Positions 1 through 14,728 of a stretch of DNA of 64,000 nt are shown in pieces; positions within the stretch are counted from its first letter, which is position 1; every line of letters begins with the position of its first letter. Where the stretch lies: the NCBI GenBank assembly GCA_035084275.1, contig CM068748.1, positions 5,208,001 through 5,272,000 on the forward strand. The letters are read 5' to 3'. Under the pieces are notes generated by a model. It was not told the origin of the DNA. It worked only from the letters and a program-made list of their open reading frames with translations, and did not search any database. A program made the position numbers and the translations under genes. The DNA is from Hydrolagus colliei. Taxonomy: Eukaryota.

Positions 1-195
1 GGAGTCTGTGACGTTTGATCTAAGCTGTGACGTTTGATATGGTTTGAAGAATTAATCATGAATAAATACATAGTTGGAGATTGGGAATCCATTTGGGGGA
101 GTTTATGGGCTTCCCAAGAATATTTGGTAAAGATAAATGCCAAACTACACCATTACATCCATAACATGTAAATCTACTGTTGATTTACAGTGAAT

Positions 196-272
196 AGTAG
201 TAATAATAATAATCCTTGCATTTGATATAGCGCTTTTCACATCTTATCGACGTCTCAAAGCGCTTCACAGAA
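196..272 (-). mobile_element. 3' tail fragment of the same SINE family
   Basis: taataataatccttgcatttgatatagcgcttttcacatct...tctcaaagcgcttcacaga matches the tail at 672..750. Confidence 0.75.
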
Positions 273-671
273 AACAAACCCATAGTTTAATTAAAGCCTG
301 TAATTTCTAATACAGTATAAATATCTTCTGAATAGAAACTTATCTGCGGTGCACATACATTACAAATTACAGTTTTATTGTATTGCATGCAGTCTTCAAA
401 TTGTGCTATGTTAACTATAAAATACGCTATATGCTGTGCTCCTATAGGATTGATAAATCCACCTTGGGAGACTAATGCGTTTAGTTGTTAAAATAATGCT
501 GCCAGACACACAAAAGAATTGCACATCTATGGAAGGATAAAATCACAAGCGTTCTGGGACACTGTCAAGCATGAGGCCCACTATATAAATGCAAGTTGTT
601 ATTGTTGTAAAATCAGTGTAACAAAATTGTTACAGTAGAAATGTATAGTTTAAATGAGGGCAACATGTGAA

Positions 672-994
672 AATAATAAAAATAATAATCGTTGAATTTG
701 ATATAGTGCTTTTCAAATCTTTGAGATGTCTCAAAGCGCTTCACAGAATATACTGTAATGTGAATTGACTAAATATGTAGGCGAAACGCGGCAACCAATT
801 ACGCACAGCAGTGTCCCACAAACAGTCGTGGATTGAAATGACCATTTTATTATTGTTTTTTTTAGGAGGGATTATTATTAGGCGTATGGAGTAAGGAATC
901 TTGCCCAAGGTTTCACCCTGATCTGCCTGGATTCAAACACAGGTCTCCTGCTTGTAAGGCGAGTGCGCTAACCACTGAGCTACAGGAGTTCCAC
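672..994 (-). mobile_element. Near full-length tRNA-derived SINE (DeuSINE-like core, LINE-type 3' tail)
   Basis: On the minus strand: head with A box (tagctcagtggttag) and B box (gtttgaatcc), central tgtttgtgggacactgctgtgcgtaattggttgccgcgtttc, tail agcgctttgagacatct...(att)n. Homologous to 60751..61043. Confidence 0.85.
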
Positions 995-3900
995 GTTCAT
1001 CACTATATATAGAGTATAGGAATTCCTCACCATTTTCAGTTCACTATTTGCTTTCTTTTTGCCATTGGGAGTCTTATAACAAACAGCAGTCTGTTTCGGC
1101 ACATGTAATTAAACCAAGAGCTATTTTTAAGATCTATTTCAGTGGCTGAACCAAGGAAGTACGGTTGTACAGCTTCTTTAAGATGGATTTCTGGGAATGG
1201 CTAAAAGACTGTAATATAATTGAAGGGTTCAAGTGACATCCTAAAATGTATGAGTAAAACTCAGCAATATTATAATCTGACATTTGAAACATATGATTAG
1301 ACAGACTATAGTGTTGCCATCATCCCTGGCATGTTTTATGTACTTTTAGGGTTACAGTTTTTGGTCCATTTTTTTGCTGACAGTTGCTGTCGGAATGGAC
1401 AATATATTTCAATGTAATTTTCTTTATTCACAAATCATTCCAGCAGATTTATGCACAATATTCAAACAGGTGGTTCACATCAATTTATTGTCTCAGACCA
1501 ATTCCTCCGAAGTCTCATTAATTCAGAGGAATTTAGGGCTGTGAAATTGTTTCTCCAGTGGTAGTTGCAGCACTAGCATGATGGTGGAATTACACTTAGG
1601 CTTGTAAATCACTTGATTATGATAGAGGACTCATAAATCATTTGAAATGTAAAAAGTACATTCATTGACTTTGTGCATCATAAACAGCTAGATACTGCCA
1701 CTTTGTCTTTCACTATAATGCCACCCTTATTTAGCCAGTACTAGGTACAGTTAGGTTTTCAATCTTTCACAAGAAAACAGACTTTCAGAGCAGTTTCCTG
1801 ATGTTCTGACAAACATTTAAATGAATATTTCCTTCATGAAAATAGATATTCCAAACACTTTTTCAAGAGTGCCCCTTTAAAATTAAAAGTTGTTTCACTG
1901 AGAGACTGTTGACGCAGGCAAACCAAGCAAGCAAACAATCTTAAATCCAATTATTATAACTTTAGCATTCACATCTGATAATATTATTAGATTCTTTGAT
2001 TTTTACAATGCATTTGGGTTTGTATAAAATGCCCTATTTTACTGGAGCTGAACTAATGGTGGGCTTGTTTTGAGTGACATGTATTTTAGGTGAGTGTCTG
2101 GCTCAGTCGGTAGCACTCAAATGTATAGACAGCAAATGTATAGGGTGAGGTAACATACCTTGACATCTCAGAGGAACAGTACATCAGGGGGGTGCAGTTT
2201 ACATGAGAAGCTGTCACAAACAATAGTTGCCTCAGTACTAAGAAATGCACAATGAATCTCCTGCGAGCAACACAGCCAGTGGCTAAGCAGATCAACACTG
2301 CTTTGAACATCAACGTCACAGGTTGATCTCAGGCACCTGTTGAAGTCGTTATAAGCTTTTCATGGGGTCAGCCGGCTACCTGACGTGTGGAAAAGAGTAT
2401 CCAGTTCCACATATGCATGTCACTTATGCCTGGACTTTGCAAATGGCGTGAAGAGCTAAGCACCAGCCAAACACCTACATGCTTCAATAATGAGCAGATT
2501 ACGGAGCAATACTTACAAGATTCATACAATGTAAACTATTTTACAGAAATAGTTGGAAAGACGGCATTATATTTTCAAGCGAGACAGATCCTAAAACCTG
2601 TAAGAGGTGATATGTGTGTGGTCATTGCAGGTTCAACTTCCTCGCTAACATCTGCCGCGGGAGCTTAGTGTTCACTCAGTGTTCTGTGACACGATGAACT
2701 ATGTGTATCCTGGAGCTAGCCACGACTCTTTCATTTTATTTACTGACTCTATGTCAGATTGATTTGAAGGCTCCCAAGTTGCCTGAGTGCTTTGCTGAAG
2801 ACAGGGATGCTCTGTCGATGTTTAATCACCTCTCTTTTCCTTCCGTCTAACCTAGTGAAGACTTGGCTCATTTGTTCTCATCCATCCAATATTACCATGT
2901 TTCCATCATGGCATCAAACTGTTTCTTAAATGTGTTCAAATGTCCTGGTGCCTGTTAACCCTGCCTCGTAACCCATTCTGATTGTCAAGGAGTCTTTGTG
3001 CAAAACAAAGTACTGTACTTCCTTGGGTCTAGTCTGAATTGCTTTTTACAACTCTAAACCTGTGCCCTCATGTCTTGTTTCTTTGTTCCCTCAAATACTC
3101 ATGTATTTTTCTAAGGTTATTTTCAATATCCCATTACGGATGTCAGCTCCTAGTTTTGTTTGGTGTAATGCTATGACTTGGATGCAAGAGTGGCTACGAG
3201 ATTCAAACATCAGTAGTGATGCCAGTGAAAATCAGGGATTACCTTATACAGTATGTATATTTTGCCACAACCATGCTAGCTGATGCCATGTTATTGTGTT
3301 ACATGAGCTCTCCTTTTGTGTAGGAGTTATTTGACATTGCTAGTATTCCATGTAAATATCAGCTGGGTTTCCTTTTTTCTGTGCTTGTATCATAAACTAG
3401 AAATCTCATTTTACTGGCAGTTTTGTGGCATGTTTTACTGTCCAGGTGACGTGTATGGACAATGCATAATGGGATTTTGAAAATAAACTCAGTTCCAGAG
3501 ACGGGGAAATTTGTGTGTGTAAATTGCTTTGGGAGGTTACAATAAAATTTGATTTATTGCTTTCCCTTGATTTAATGGCGGAGTTACTATTTACTAAAAC
3601 ATTTCATTACAATTAGGGGTTCGGAGATCAATATGTTTCAATTTAATTAGATTCAGAACATGAGAAAACAGTTTTATTTGGCGTACAATTATTGCTTTAT
3701 TTTCTTTGCTACTGTGGTCACAGAGGAAATCAAATAATAAGACTTTGTCATATGACAAGATAATAAAGTTCCTGAAATTGAGCATGTGTGCTTGAATGAT
3801 CTTAAATGAAGCGGAGGAAATAAAAAGCCAGGTTTAATGCTTTTATCCATATAGACAGAACAGGATTTCGGGCAATGCTGAGGTTTTGTTTCCAATGTTA

Positions 3901-6900
3901 TCCCTTATTTTTGCCTCTTCAGAGATCTAGATTTTTCTGCATATTGCCAATCAGATCAATCTTTTAAATGTTTGTATTGTGCCAAACATTGGAAAATATT
4001 TAAATTTATTTTAATGTTTCATAATTCATTAAAGAATATTTCAGTTTCTTAAGTTTGAAGTGATCTAAAATTGCACTGTTGTACTTTAAAAAAAAAGATG
4101 ATTATTGTGTTTGCCTACATAATACAGTCCCAACAATTTATAAGTATGTGAATTAATTCAAGCTCTTTGAGATATAGTCCCATTGTGAAAGGTCCTATAC
4201 CAATTGCAGAGATATTATTGATATTTCTAAAGTCTTATTAGTGAATTATCAAGACACCATGAATCTAGTCAACTCATTGTAAATGTTATATTTGTATTGT
4301 TTGTCATCAACCCTATTTTTGTTAACTGATAAGTGGTAAAGAACTATTGCCACGTTCAGCACTTCTCCTGTACCAGATAGTACAGAACTGTGGAAGGAAT
4401 TTGCTGAACATTTTGCTTTGCTAAACATATTTTCCAATAACAACTCACACTTATATAGCATCCACCACACAGGGTACTATCTCAGAGTGCTTCCTAGTTA
4501 TCCTTATAAACAATATTTTCTGTTTGATATAACACAGCAGCAGCAATCACCACATACACAGCCATTTCATATTTTGTGATGTGTACAGATAAATTTCAAT
4601 GACCATGAATCTCTTCTACCCTTTTGCTTGTTTAAATAACTGACTCTGTTTTTAGAGATCCAATCTGACCTATATTTAATGCTCATCTTTGTTGCAATTA
4701 ATTGCATATTACCTTAAAGAAAATATTCAGGGATAAACAAATTTCGTATATTTAACTGCAACACTTGTAAGCGGAGTGAATCTGAATTCAATCCATCTGC
4801 ATGATCCATTTTTATTTGCCAGCATATAACATTTAGCATAATGGTTATGTAGCAATGATTATAAAACTGTAATCTAATTGTCCAGTTCAAAGAATGTCAT
4901 CAATTGGAATTTGCTATTGGTTATAATCTGTAATATTTACGTCTGTGTTTTCATTGGTCTTGTGCTGCCTGCAGCTGGTAATTCATTTCATCACTTAATG
5001 CAGGATAACAGTCACAAAAGCGGATTAAGGTTTTAGATTATCACTACTGCAGCTCTACAAATAAATAATGTACAGTTTATTTCCAGGGATTTCCGGTTCA
5101 GCATTTTATGTATATTAATAATGGATCGAGAGTTGAAAGCTAAATGCTATTGATAAATTAATTGTGTACTGTATCTCCAATTCAAACTGTGATGAAATTG
5201 GGTATTTTTTTTACAATTAAAGCAATTAAATGTTATAGTTGCTCTAAAGGTCAAGAAGTTGCATGTGTGCTTAGTTGTGAATAAATAATATGTTCTCTTC
5301 CCTGATAGTGACATATGTCATCCAACAGAACCTTTAATTCCAGTAGCCATTTAGGAGTGGAAGTAAGTGGAAATCTGGACAATAGAAAAAGAATAAAAGG
5401 TAAATTAAGATAACTGATTTAGTTTAAAGTGCAACATTTTAGAAGAAATCAGATCTTTTAATAACCATCTGAAGAGGTACCTTGGGTTGGATTTGCCCAA
5501 TGGATGACACTTCCCTCAACACAGTGTACTGTCTCTGCATTGGAATGTTAGCATAATTTGTAAGCCCAAATCCTGATTTGAGGCTTGAAGCAACTGAGCA
5601 GTAAAAATAGTGAAGTATATGGGGAAAGAACTGGAAAGTGGGATTAATAAAAAGTGTGCGACTTAGAAGTAGCTGTGCAAACACAATGGGCTAAATAGAC
5701 GCCTTCTTTGCTGAAACTGGGACCATTGTTTTACAATTTGAATAATTAGTAATAAGCATGGATCGTTTAAGCCCCCAAATTTAGCTAGAACACTGATTGC
5801 AATTTGTTTTATTTTATTCACATTGAGTGGTGAATAAAACAAGCTTGATCACATAAGCAAAGGTTTACTCAGGTGAGGGATCTGGGCACAACCTGACCCC
5901 AAGCCTCAGTATACAGTCAGTGCTGCTCTTTATGTAACTGAACAACAGCCTGGGTGAATTGTTTTTTTCTCAAACTCCACCAAAACAAGCACCTTTCCAG
6001 CGCTTGATATGTGGAATCAAATAAAATTCTACACACTGTCAAATACAGACATGGCAACACAATATGTCATTGCATTCTACTTGGCAGCCAGACACCTTTA
6101 TTGTGTAGAGCATGCGATTCGTAAACAAATCTGGTGCTACAAAAACTGACGCTGGCCTAATCTATATGCACAGAATTTTTAACATGGTTGAGGTATATGT
6201 TATTCAGCTACTTTCTACAGGGTTCACATCATTACACTTCATCCTAAGAGTATACATTTACACCTGCAATATGCCAATCCTGCTAAGATTGATTGGAACG
6301 GTTATTGAGTTATTATTCATGAATTTTTATACATCAGATAAGATGGAAGATAACAACAAAGTATGTCATTGGGTGATTGACTGAACAATATAATCTAAAG
6401 CTGTAAAGGATTTTCCAAGGTTTGAACAGATTTTCTTTGGAGATGCTTTAGTACAGGTACTGCAATAATTACAAGATCTGGATGTTTTGAGAAAGTGGAT
6501 TTTACCAAACTGATATTTGCTTACGACGACACAGTTTTCAGACTAAAATTGAGACATTTATTCAGAAATATATGAAGCTATGTAGATTGATGGCAAATTG
6601 CATCCATTTTCACTATTTAACGAAAATGTTGGTTATTAATGGTTTGTGTCTGCATGATTGCTGAGGAACTGATTTATCAACAAAGAATCACAAGCCTTCC
6701 CGCTCCTTTGTAATATTTCTCTTTTTATATATTTTTTGTGTGCCAGAATCCATTTGGTTTGCAAATTTGAATCTACAAAAACTATAAATTGCATACATGG
6801 ATCGTTTATCTATATCTGTATATGTATATATATAGATATATGTGAATGTATGGTATCTTTACTTTCTTGAGTGGCAAAAAACATTATTTTCATATCAATT

Positions 6901-7317
6901 TCCTGAGTGTCCTCAAACAGAATAAATGCCATAATGATGGGTATATTTCCTTCTTTATCTCTTCTAGACAAACCAGAATTGTTAAGCCCCTTGGGCCATC
7001 CCCCAACGTGAAATGCACTTTCGTAAATCTACATTTGTATTGTATTGTAAAGGTCTTAAGGAAACAATGCTGCTTTGAGAATTTATTTTGCCATAAATTT
7101 GAATATTATGAAATCTGCCTTTATTACAACAGGAAATTCAGTCTAACAATGATTTTTATGGTGTACTCTTTAACAGAGGAGCCATCTAAAGCAAAGAATT
7201 TCCTTTTTATTGCAAGGATTATTAGCATTTCAAGAAAAAAAGGTCATATTTATTTCATTGTTGTTTCTAGGACATTTCTGTGTGCAAATTGGTTATGATA
7301 ATAAAGATTCTTGGATT

Positions 7318-7430
7318 TAATATAATACCTTATTGCATCTTTGAGATGACTCAAAGTGCTTCACAGAATATATTGCTGAGTAAATTGACTGTATATTTTG
7401 TGGGTTCACAAGTTTGCTTACAAAGACACA
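7318..7430 (-). mobile_element. Degraded SINE 3' fragment
   Basis: tctttgagatgactcaaagtgcttcacagaatat...aattgactgtatattttgtggg. Confidence 0.6.
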
Positions 7431-10179
7431 GTCACTACATTTCACAATTTTAGAAAAATCCCATGAAGCTGTTTGAAATGTCTCGGCGACATAAAAAATA
7501 ACTATATCACAGGCAAGGATTAGCATAAATATGGCTAGTCAGGGTCAATGGTCCAGAGCAACGGGCTTTGCTGAAGGAAAGATTAGCTGCTCTTCTCAAA
7601 CAGAGAAGAATGAGGAGAGACTTGTTAGATTAATTATTAAGGGTTTGTAACATTTAGATTCAGGTGTGTTTTTTCCCCGGTTTAAACTTTAAATGAAAGA
7701 TAACAAAAACGTAAAAAATCCAGGAGTCTTTCATATCCTTTTTTTTTAAAAAGGTGAGATAGGCATTCCACAATAGATGATGGAACATGAAATTACAAAG
7801 GGTATCAAAGTGTTCTTGTCAACTAAAAACATTACTTTGTGAGAGATACATTAAAGGATACAGTAATGGGTGGCAAGATGGCTTTCCCTAGCCTAGAGTG
7901 TTACTGTACTTAAGATGTAACAATGAACAGGACTGATAAGTAATTCTTAGATTGACCATTTCTCTCAATTTGGTATATTTTGTGCAAAATTGTGCAAAAT
8001 AAGTGGCTCAGCTGCACTTTCATGAAATTACCGGTTCTCTCAACACCCTTTGGCATGTACTAACCTCCATTAAGAAATGCCTGTTACATTTCTCCTTTTG
8101 ATCGTAGTGGTGGAAAGAATGGCTTGTGGCAGTGCATGGCATTTTGTAAATCTCCCTCCACTGCTGTGTTTGCAAAAGGAATAGGTAACACTTTTCCTTC
8201 CATATCTCAAGCGCTGGTTGCTTCAGGAATGCTGGAAGACGTTTCTTATTGAAATACAAATGTATTGTCAATTTTACTATGCAATTTTCTTCTTTTCTCA
8301 TTGTATTAACAGCTCATTGGTCAAATCTTGTGAAAATACCACCTGTCACTAAAACTGTAGTTACAGCGCTTACAGCTATTCTAACAGCACATTCATTAAT
8401 TTCTGTTTAGTTTATCTGTGTATTGAAAAGATTCTGAGTTTTCACGAAAGATTATTTTTGGTATTATTTAATTCTCAGATATTCCTTATTACTTTCATTT
8501 TTGTGTCCTCGTTAAGGTTATGAATGTCAATGCTAGAAAATGGAACATCTTTGATATTCAATAACAACTGTGGGAGAAATATAAGTGACAGTCATTTCTT
8601 TGCCTTTGCCACATTAACCCCAGTTACAGCACGATAGACTGGTGGAAAATAAAGTGCTATTTATAAAATTATATTTCAATTTGTGTGGTTTTGAAGGCAA
8701 GGAGAACAGTGACTTAAGTGGAAATGCTATGTATGGTCATTATCATTGCTGTGGATAGAAAACTTAGAACAAAGCAGAGCTGTTTTGATTCAGCACCCAA
8801 GCAACCTGCCATTCCCACAGGGAACCAGAGGCTGTTGACTCCGTTCTAATCCCTGTTCTCAAAAGGCCGTGTTGACATAATCGTAAATCATTTTGTGTGT
8901 GTCTGTGTGAAAAGAATTACCATGCAGTAAGATTTAGTTTGGATCTAGGCATTTTGGAAAGGATATATTGCAGAGTCGGCTGGCAAGGAAAATCTTTGGG
9001 GCAATACATTTATCATGGAAATTTTAAGAAACCCATTTTATGTCATCGGGCTCTGGTTGTTTAACCCTTTTTTTGACTGTAGAGTGCTTTTATTGATTAG
9101 TGGGAAGAACCATTGTATTCTAAAAGAATGCACTGAGCAGGTCATTGAATTGTGAGACATGGCTTGCTGAATAGTAGAATTGTACTGGACACACATTTGC
9201 TAACAAATGTAATAAGTTTTCTCTGAACTAAGAGGAGATGACATGGCTACCCAGTGCTTTCATTTTGATTTATTATTCCTCAAAATGGGAAGGATATTTG
9301 CAATGATATAAATTCCACATTGAATGTCATCAAATGATATTGTGTCATTCTTAATTCAAATTTGTTAATAAAAATAAGCTATTTTAACACAATTCATTTT
9401 TGAAGTCGAGTTTCTACTTTTGACTTGTGCTACATACTCCCAGTGACCAAAGGACTTCCCACTCACACATAACAATGAGACAACAATGTGAAACTTTGGG
9501 ACTGTGCTAATCTTCCATGGGCTTGAAATGCAGCCAGGATTGGTTGACATTCATGTAGCGGGTCATTTTAAAAGTTAGATTACTTGATCAGGTGTAAACT
9601 CAACTCTACAAAGTGTCACAACTGTAAAGAGTCTCCTGGCTCAGCCACCCGCAAAATTCGACTATATTCTTTACTGCGACCCTAAGATGAAAAGGTACAA
9701 GGTGAAGAAATAATCTCACACTGCTTTGTTCTTTGGTGATCATGTAGATAATAACGAGTAATTTAAAACCTTTAGTTAGCCATCTATTTTAAAATTTGAA
9801 TGCGGCATGGACCGCATTTAAAGTAATGTATATTCTGAAGCAATCTAAACCTAAATCTATGTAATATATCTTTTCAAAAAGTGCCGTGTCAAAAAATGTA
9901 ATATTGCTGCTATTGGTATTTCTGAAAAATATTTCAGGCATCATAAATAAATTGAAGTAGCTGTTAGACTGGAACCAATCTATAAATAAGATGTCGACCT
10001 ACATGTCAAAACCTCGACACTTTCATTATATGAGAAAAATCCTATTTGTGTGACTCTTGACTGAAACTTCTCTCCAGGTTCAGCATGCAACGGGAAGAGA
10101 TTTGTTGTTTAAGGGGAAAACACACTTGTAGAAAAAAAATTGGATTGCGAACTTGTTAAATAGCTACCTCTACTGCTAG

Positions 10180-10600
10180 CGTAGCTTAGTCGGGTGAGCC
10201 TGACTTACTTAGTAGCGTTCTAGCTTCTGGGTCAGAGGTAGTGGGTTCAAGCCAATTGTCAGGACTTTGAGCTCACCGTCTAAGCTGACACTCATTTCTG
10301 GAAGCCATGGAACCTGGAGACATACTGTGTACGAAGGCTATGATAGCCTATATGGACCATGGAAGTTTGTGAAGCCCAAGTAGCGTATGAGAAAGATATG
10401 TTCTCATGGTTCCAGTGCAAGGTAGAAGGGCAGCCTTTTGTGGAGGTTGTGAGGGAGGAAGCCTCGCTACCCCGAGGGAAGCTCACTCAGCCTGAATGAG
10501 AGGTCCTCAATCAGGATATCTTGGGACCCCTATCCTAGCACTGTTCTCCACATGAATTGGTTATTCACTTCATGATTGTTGGTGGGATTTATAATGAGAT
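10180..10600 (+). mobile_element. Old tRNA-derived SINE remnant (DeuSINE/AmnSINE-like head)
   Basis: ttctgggtcagaggtagtgggttcaagcc...ggactttgagctcaccgtctaagctgacactc; B-box-like ggttcaagcc; boundaries approximate. Confidence 0.45.
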
Positions 10601-11358
10601 GAAAATTAAGTTCTGGCAGGTGTTACATGTAACGCCTTTGGCTTATGTGATTTCCTCCATTGTAATGATGCGTAGCCAAAGAAGCTACACGTAATGCTGG
10701 AATTTTAGCTCTTAGATTTGTGGCTGCTACTTTATCCACTGTAATATTCTGTCAGACCATGACTTCTGATTGTTACTGTTACAGTAATGCTTTGAGCTAT
10801 GGCGCATCCTGAAGCACTTAACCAACATTTATTGACTTCACACCTAAGCAAAACAGATTTTCTGCACCAACAAAACTGCACAATTCATAATATTCCTGGA
10901 ATGAATTCAGCAGTTATAATGTTGATTAGTTATAGTTCTGGTGGAAGAAAATACTTCAAAGCCCTCTGAGATTTGAGTGGTAACTTGTTACAGAATCCCA
11001 ACTTCTGCCCAGCCCACAGCTGCAGCACATCTACTATGACGAGAGGAGATTTGCGAAGAGAACCTGACCCCTGCACCTGAATCCCAAATTCACAAGCAAT
11101 GATTTGCATTTCAAAGCATTACAAAATGTGTATCAATAAAAAAATGAAGCCAATTACATTGTAATTAATTTGTTTCACACCGAATTGTTCTAATGTTGGA
11201 GACAAGGTGGAGTGTTAAAATGAATTTTCTGGTATGCATTTTCATCTCCAGTGAACCAAGCACTAATGTAATACAGAAAGAGTTTACAGAAGAACAATTT
11301 CAAAATTTAAGAATTCGCCAAATTCTAGATGGTCTGAAATGAAACATAAATAGAATAT

Positions 11359-11472
11359 GTGGAGTGCTGTAGTGTAGTGGTTAGCATGCTTGCCTCACAA
11401 GTGAGAGGACCCATGTTCGATTCCAGCTAGGGTGATACCTTATGCCACAAACCGACAAGTTTCCTTACTTCA
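11359..11472 (+). mobile_element. SINE 5' head (tRNA-like)
   Basis: tagtgtagtggttagc...gttcgattccagctagggtga...tttccttactt; same head as 27394 and 60751. Confidence 0.7.
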
Positions 11473-11653
11473 TATTGTATAAAAATGGACTTTCTTGCCG
11501 CATATCTTTTTCTGATATGTATAATTTTTATGATAACAAGATTTTGATTGGTCTCTAATCTTAAATTGATGATTATTGGCCATTTCTGCTACTTTTTCAA
11601 AAGTTTATAGACAGACCTCATATGTTGTTCCATCAGAAATCAATATTTGAGTG

Positions 11654-11766
11654 ATCGTATGTAAAATTGGGAGGGGGTAGGGGAGCTTGCTTGCCATAGT
11701 TAATTTTACTCTAGGGCTTAAATTATGAAGTCAAGTTTTGCACTGGGTTAATTTTCTCCATTGAAA
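11654..11766. repeat. Left arm of long-range inverted repeat (partner 14616..14728)
   Basis: By-eye alignment to the reverse complement of 14616..14728 gives ~12 differences in ~114 columns. Confidence 0.9.
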
Positions 11767-12194
11767 AATTGTAAACAATATATTTAACAGAAATCCGATT
11801 TTACTAAATTGTGTTCAAGAATCTGTTTCACTAATAGATAGATTTTCCATTGAATTTTTTGACTGATTATAGTGGGATAATGGAAACTCTACAGAAATGT
11901 TCATAATAACAATCACGGGCCATTGATTTTCAGGTTTTCAGCTGATGGTATGTAACTCACAGCTCACAGACTCATGGGATTCAGGGCTATGAGTGCATAA
12001 AGTAATACAGTGGATACTTTACCAAACATTAGACTTCAATGGCTGATGTTCCAGAAATAATTAATTACTGTTTATTTCACGACTAAGATCATTATTGTTC
12101 ACATTTTCAAACATTATTTCTCCCCTTTATCTTAAATATGTCAAATCAACAAACCTATCCCCAGTTGAGAAGATAAGATAGCAGCGTAGTTCTT

Positions 12195-12670
12195 TAGACA
12201 AGCTATACCTAGAGTACTGTATCCCGTTCTGATCACCGCAACATAAGGGGATGCCTACACCCTCGAATCAGTGCGGAAAAGAGCAATGAGGATGATCTGC
12301 GGTGTTAGAGGAATAAGCTGTGAGTAATGATTTAGACAATCTTAGTATTGAAAGAAGTTGTCTTAGAGTCAATCTAATAGAGGTATATCAAATTCTATAT
12401 GAGATTTGGAACAGTCATTTAGGTTGCACCAAGACAGTGGGACACGTATATATACATTTAGAGTTGCAAAGGGCAATTTCAGGACAGGAATTATCAAAGT
12501 ATTCCTTTACCCATTGAGTTTCCAGGAGGGATGGTTCAAAGCAGGGCACTGACTTTTTTTAAAAAAAGAAGCTTGATTCTGTGATGCAAAGACAACGGGG
12601 TGGGTATTGTGGAAGGATGAGAACAAATGAACCAAAGGATCTTCTTCATCCAAAGTAATCTTGGGATCTT
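12195..12670 (+). mobile_element. CR1-type LINE 3' fragment (decayed ORF2 end plus 3' UTR)
   Basis: ctagagtactgtatcccgttctgatcaccg...gtgcggaaaagagcaatgaggatgatc reads LEYCIPF*SP...VRKRAMRMI, resembling the CR1 ORF2 motif LEYCVQFWSP...VQRRATRMI. Confidence 0.7.
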
Positions 12671-14239
12671 ATAAAATTTATCTCAAGTCTCTGCAGCACT
12701 GCTCGTGAGCCAGTGTGTGTAGAAGATATAAGCGTGCTGCTGGGTCCTTCACTTATTGATTGTTCCCTCCTACTTGTATGGAAATGCCTAGCATCTTATT
12801 GGCATTGAAGGACCAGAACTGCATCACTGTTTCAGCGCCTTGGGACATCCTTTCGATGTGAAAAGTGCTCTAGAAATTTAATTTTGTTTTTATATTTTGT
12901 TGTTGTTTGTTAATGGCAGAGCACATTGCAGCACTGCAATCTCCCATGATTGTTAAATTAGCAGTCAAAAAAGTGCTACGAACTATAAATGTTTTATATC
13001 TGTGAGGCTGACTATTGAGTTATCAATATATGTCAAATTTATATTTGTGTACCTTCTAGATCAGCTGGAAGACATCACTTGCACTAGGTAGAATTGACTG
13101 TCCATTTTTCGTTAGGTTCTTTATTGCATCGCAATATTTAACCTTCAGAATCAACCATAAACTCGTGAAGTTGGCTGATGAAGATGAGCCATTTAGTGTT
13201 GCAGTCAAGGTTACATATTGAAATTCTGTTTGGGAAGTTAACTACTGTACAGCTAGTGATTAAGCATCCGTCAGAGTGTACAGGAATTTACCAGTGATAG
13301 ACTGGTAAATTGAAGGTTGAGAGTTTTTATATATGTTCTTCGAATAAGATGCTACACTAGACTTCACTATATCAGAAGTTGACTGATTGAGTGCTATTGA
13401 CTGACAGTTTGCTGAAATAGGGAAAGTAAAACTTTGAAACTCAGTTACAGGTCAATTTGAAACAATTTCATTTTTATACAGACATTGATGTAAAGTCTCT
13501 CTAATCCGAAGAAGCTTTAAGTATTGTGTCTACTCTGAATGCAATTGGATATATTATTATGGAAAAATGTGAGGGAATAATAATTATCAGATAGACCAAA
13601 ACTGTGGTATTGAATTTGCTACCTCTATATGGGACCGGGGATAGAAAAAGCTGTACAATTAACAGATCAATTTTCAATGGATTAGAGTGTGGATTAGAGT
13701 GTGACTTTCAATAGAATGGCACTGCCCGTTGGATATTGGCACAATTCAAGAACAGCAATTTCAGGAAATATAAGAGAGGAAACTCAATCTGGGTAAGAAT
13801 ATAAACCTCGACATTTCCACAAATGTACTGCAAAGACATCACATTCAAACTCAATCTTAAAGTTTTAATAGTGACTAGGAATCATATTTTGCTGTGATGT
13901 CAAGTTTTAATATTGCAAAATAAAATCAAAGACAAGACACTTACAACCCAATTTAAGATTAAATGATATATAACCCATTTGAAGCTGCAAGTGTTGCCGC
14001 TTGAAGCTTTGCAATCAAAATATTGGGAAGATAAATGTTGTGGATTTGGAAGCAATCCTATAATTTATTGTGTTCGAAAAATTGCCACTATTATAAAAGC
14101 TTCTGTTTTAAAAAATATATATCACAGCATTAATGTCTGTATTGTGATTAGTGAGAACTGCTGGTGCTTTTAAATTCTCCTTTGAGGGAATCTCAAATCT
14201 ACGTCAAATGGACAAATAATATTTATTTCTCTTTCAAAG

Positions 14240-14519
<280 letters not shown>

Positions 14520-14615
14520 TAAATTAAACTGCAGTTTATAGCTGCAAGACAATACAAAATTATATTTGTACAGCGTCTTTCACATCGGGAAGACATCCCA
14601 AGGCACTGGTTATAG

Positions 14616-14728
14616 TTTCAATGGAGAAAATTAAGCCAGTGCAAAACTTGCCTTTATTATTTAAGCCCTAGAGTAGAATTAACTATGACAAGCAATGGTC
14701 CCCAACTCCCTCCCAATTTACATATGAT
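14616..14728. repeat. Right arm of long-range inverted repeat (partner 11654..11766)
   Basis: tttcaatggagaaaattaagccagtgcaaaacttg...tttaagccctagagtagaattaactatg is the reverse complement of the left arm. Confidence 0.9.

Noticed and set aside
6-39. Short tandem duplications (ctgtgacgtttgat x2; also tggattagagtg x2 near 13678, taactttagtaaaa x2 near 54061, gagcagaa x3 near 63968)
   Set aside because: Two or three copies only, consistent with ordinary slippage; not a CRISPR or satellite array.
6846-7298. 150-aa ORF on the + strand
   Set aside because: F/I/K/C-rich composition typical of AT-rich non-coding DNA; no recognisable motif or exon structure.
11359-11436. tRNA-like sequence with A/B boxes and a CAC anticodon-like loop (similar heads at 27394, 36684, 60751 and 920-994 minus)
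   Set aside because: No intact acceptor stem. Each head continues into the same SINE body, so these are SINE heads rather than tRNA genes.
1-14239. Search for a CpG-island promoter
   Set aside because: No extended GC/CpG-rich region; the transcription start is probably upstream of the window or non-CpG and cannot be placed.
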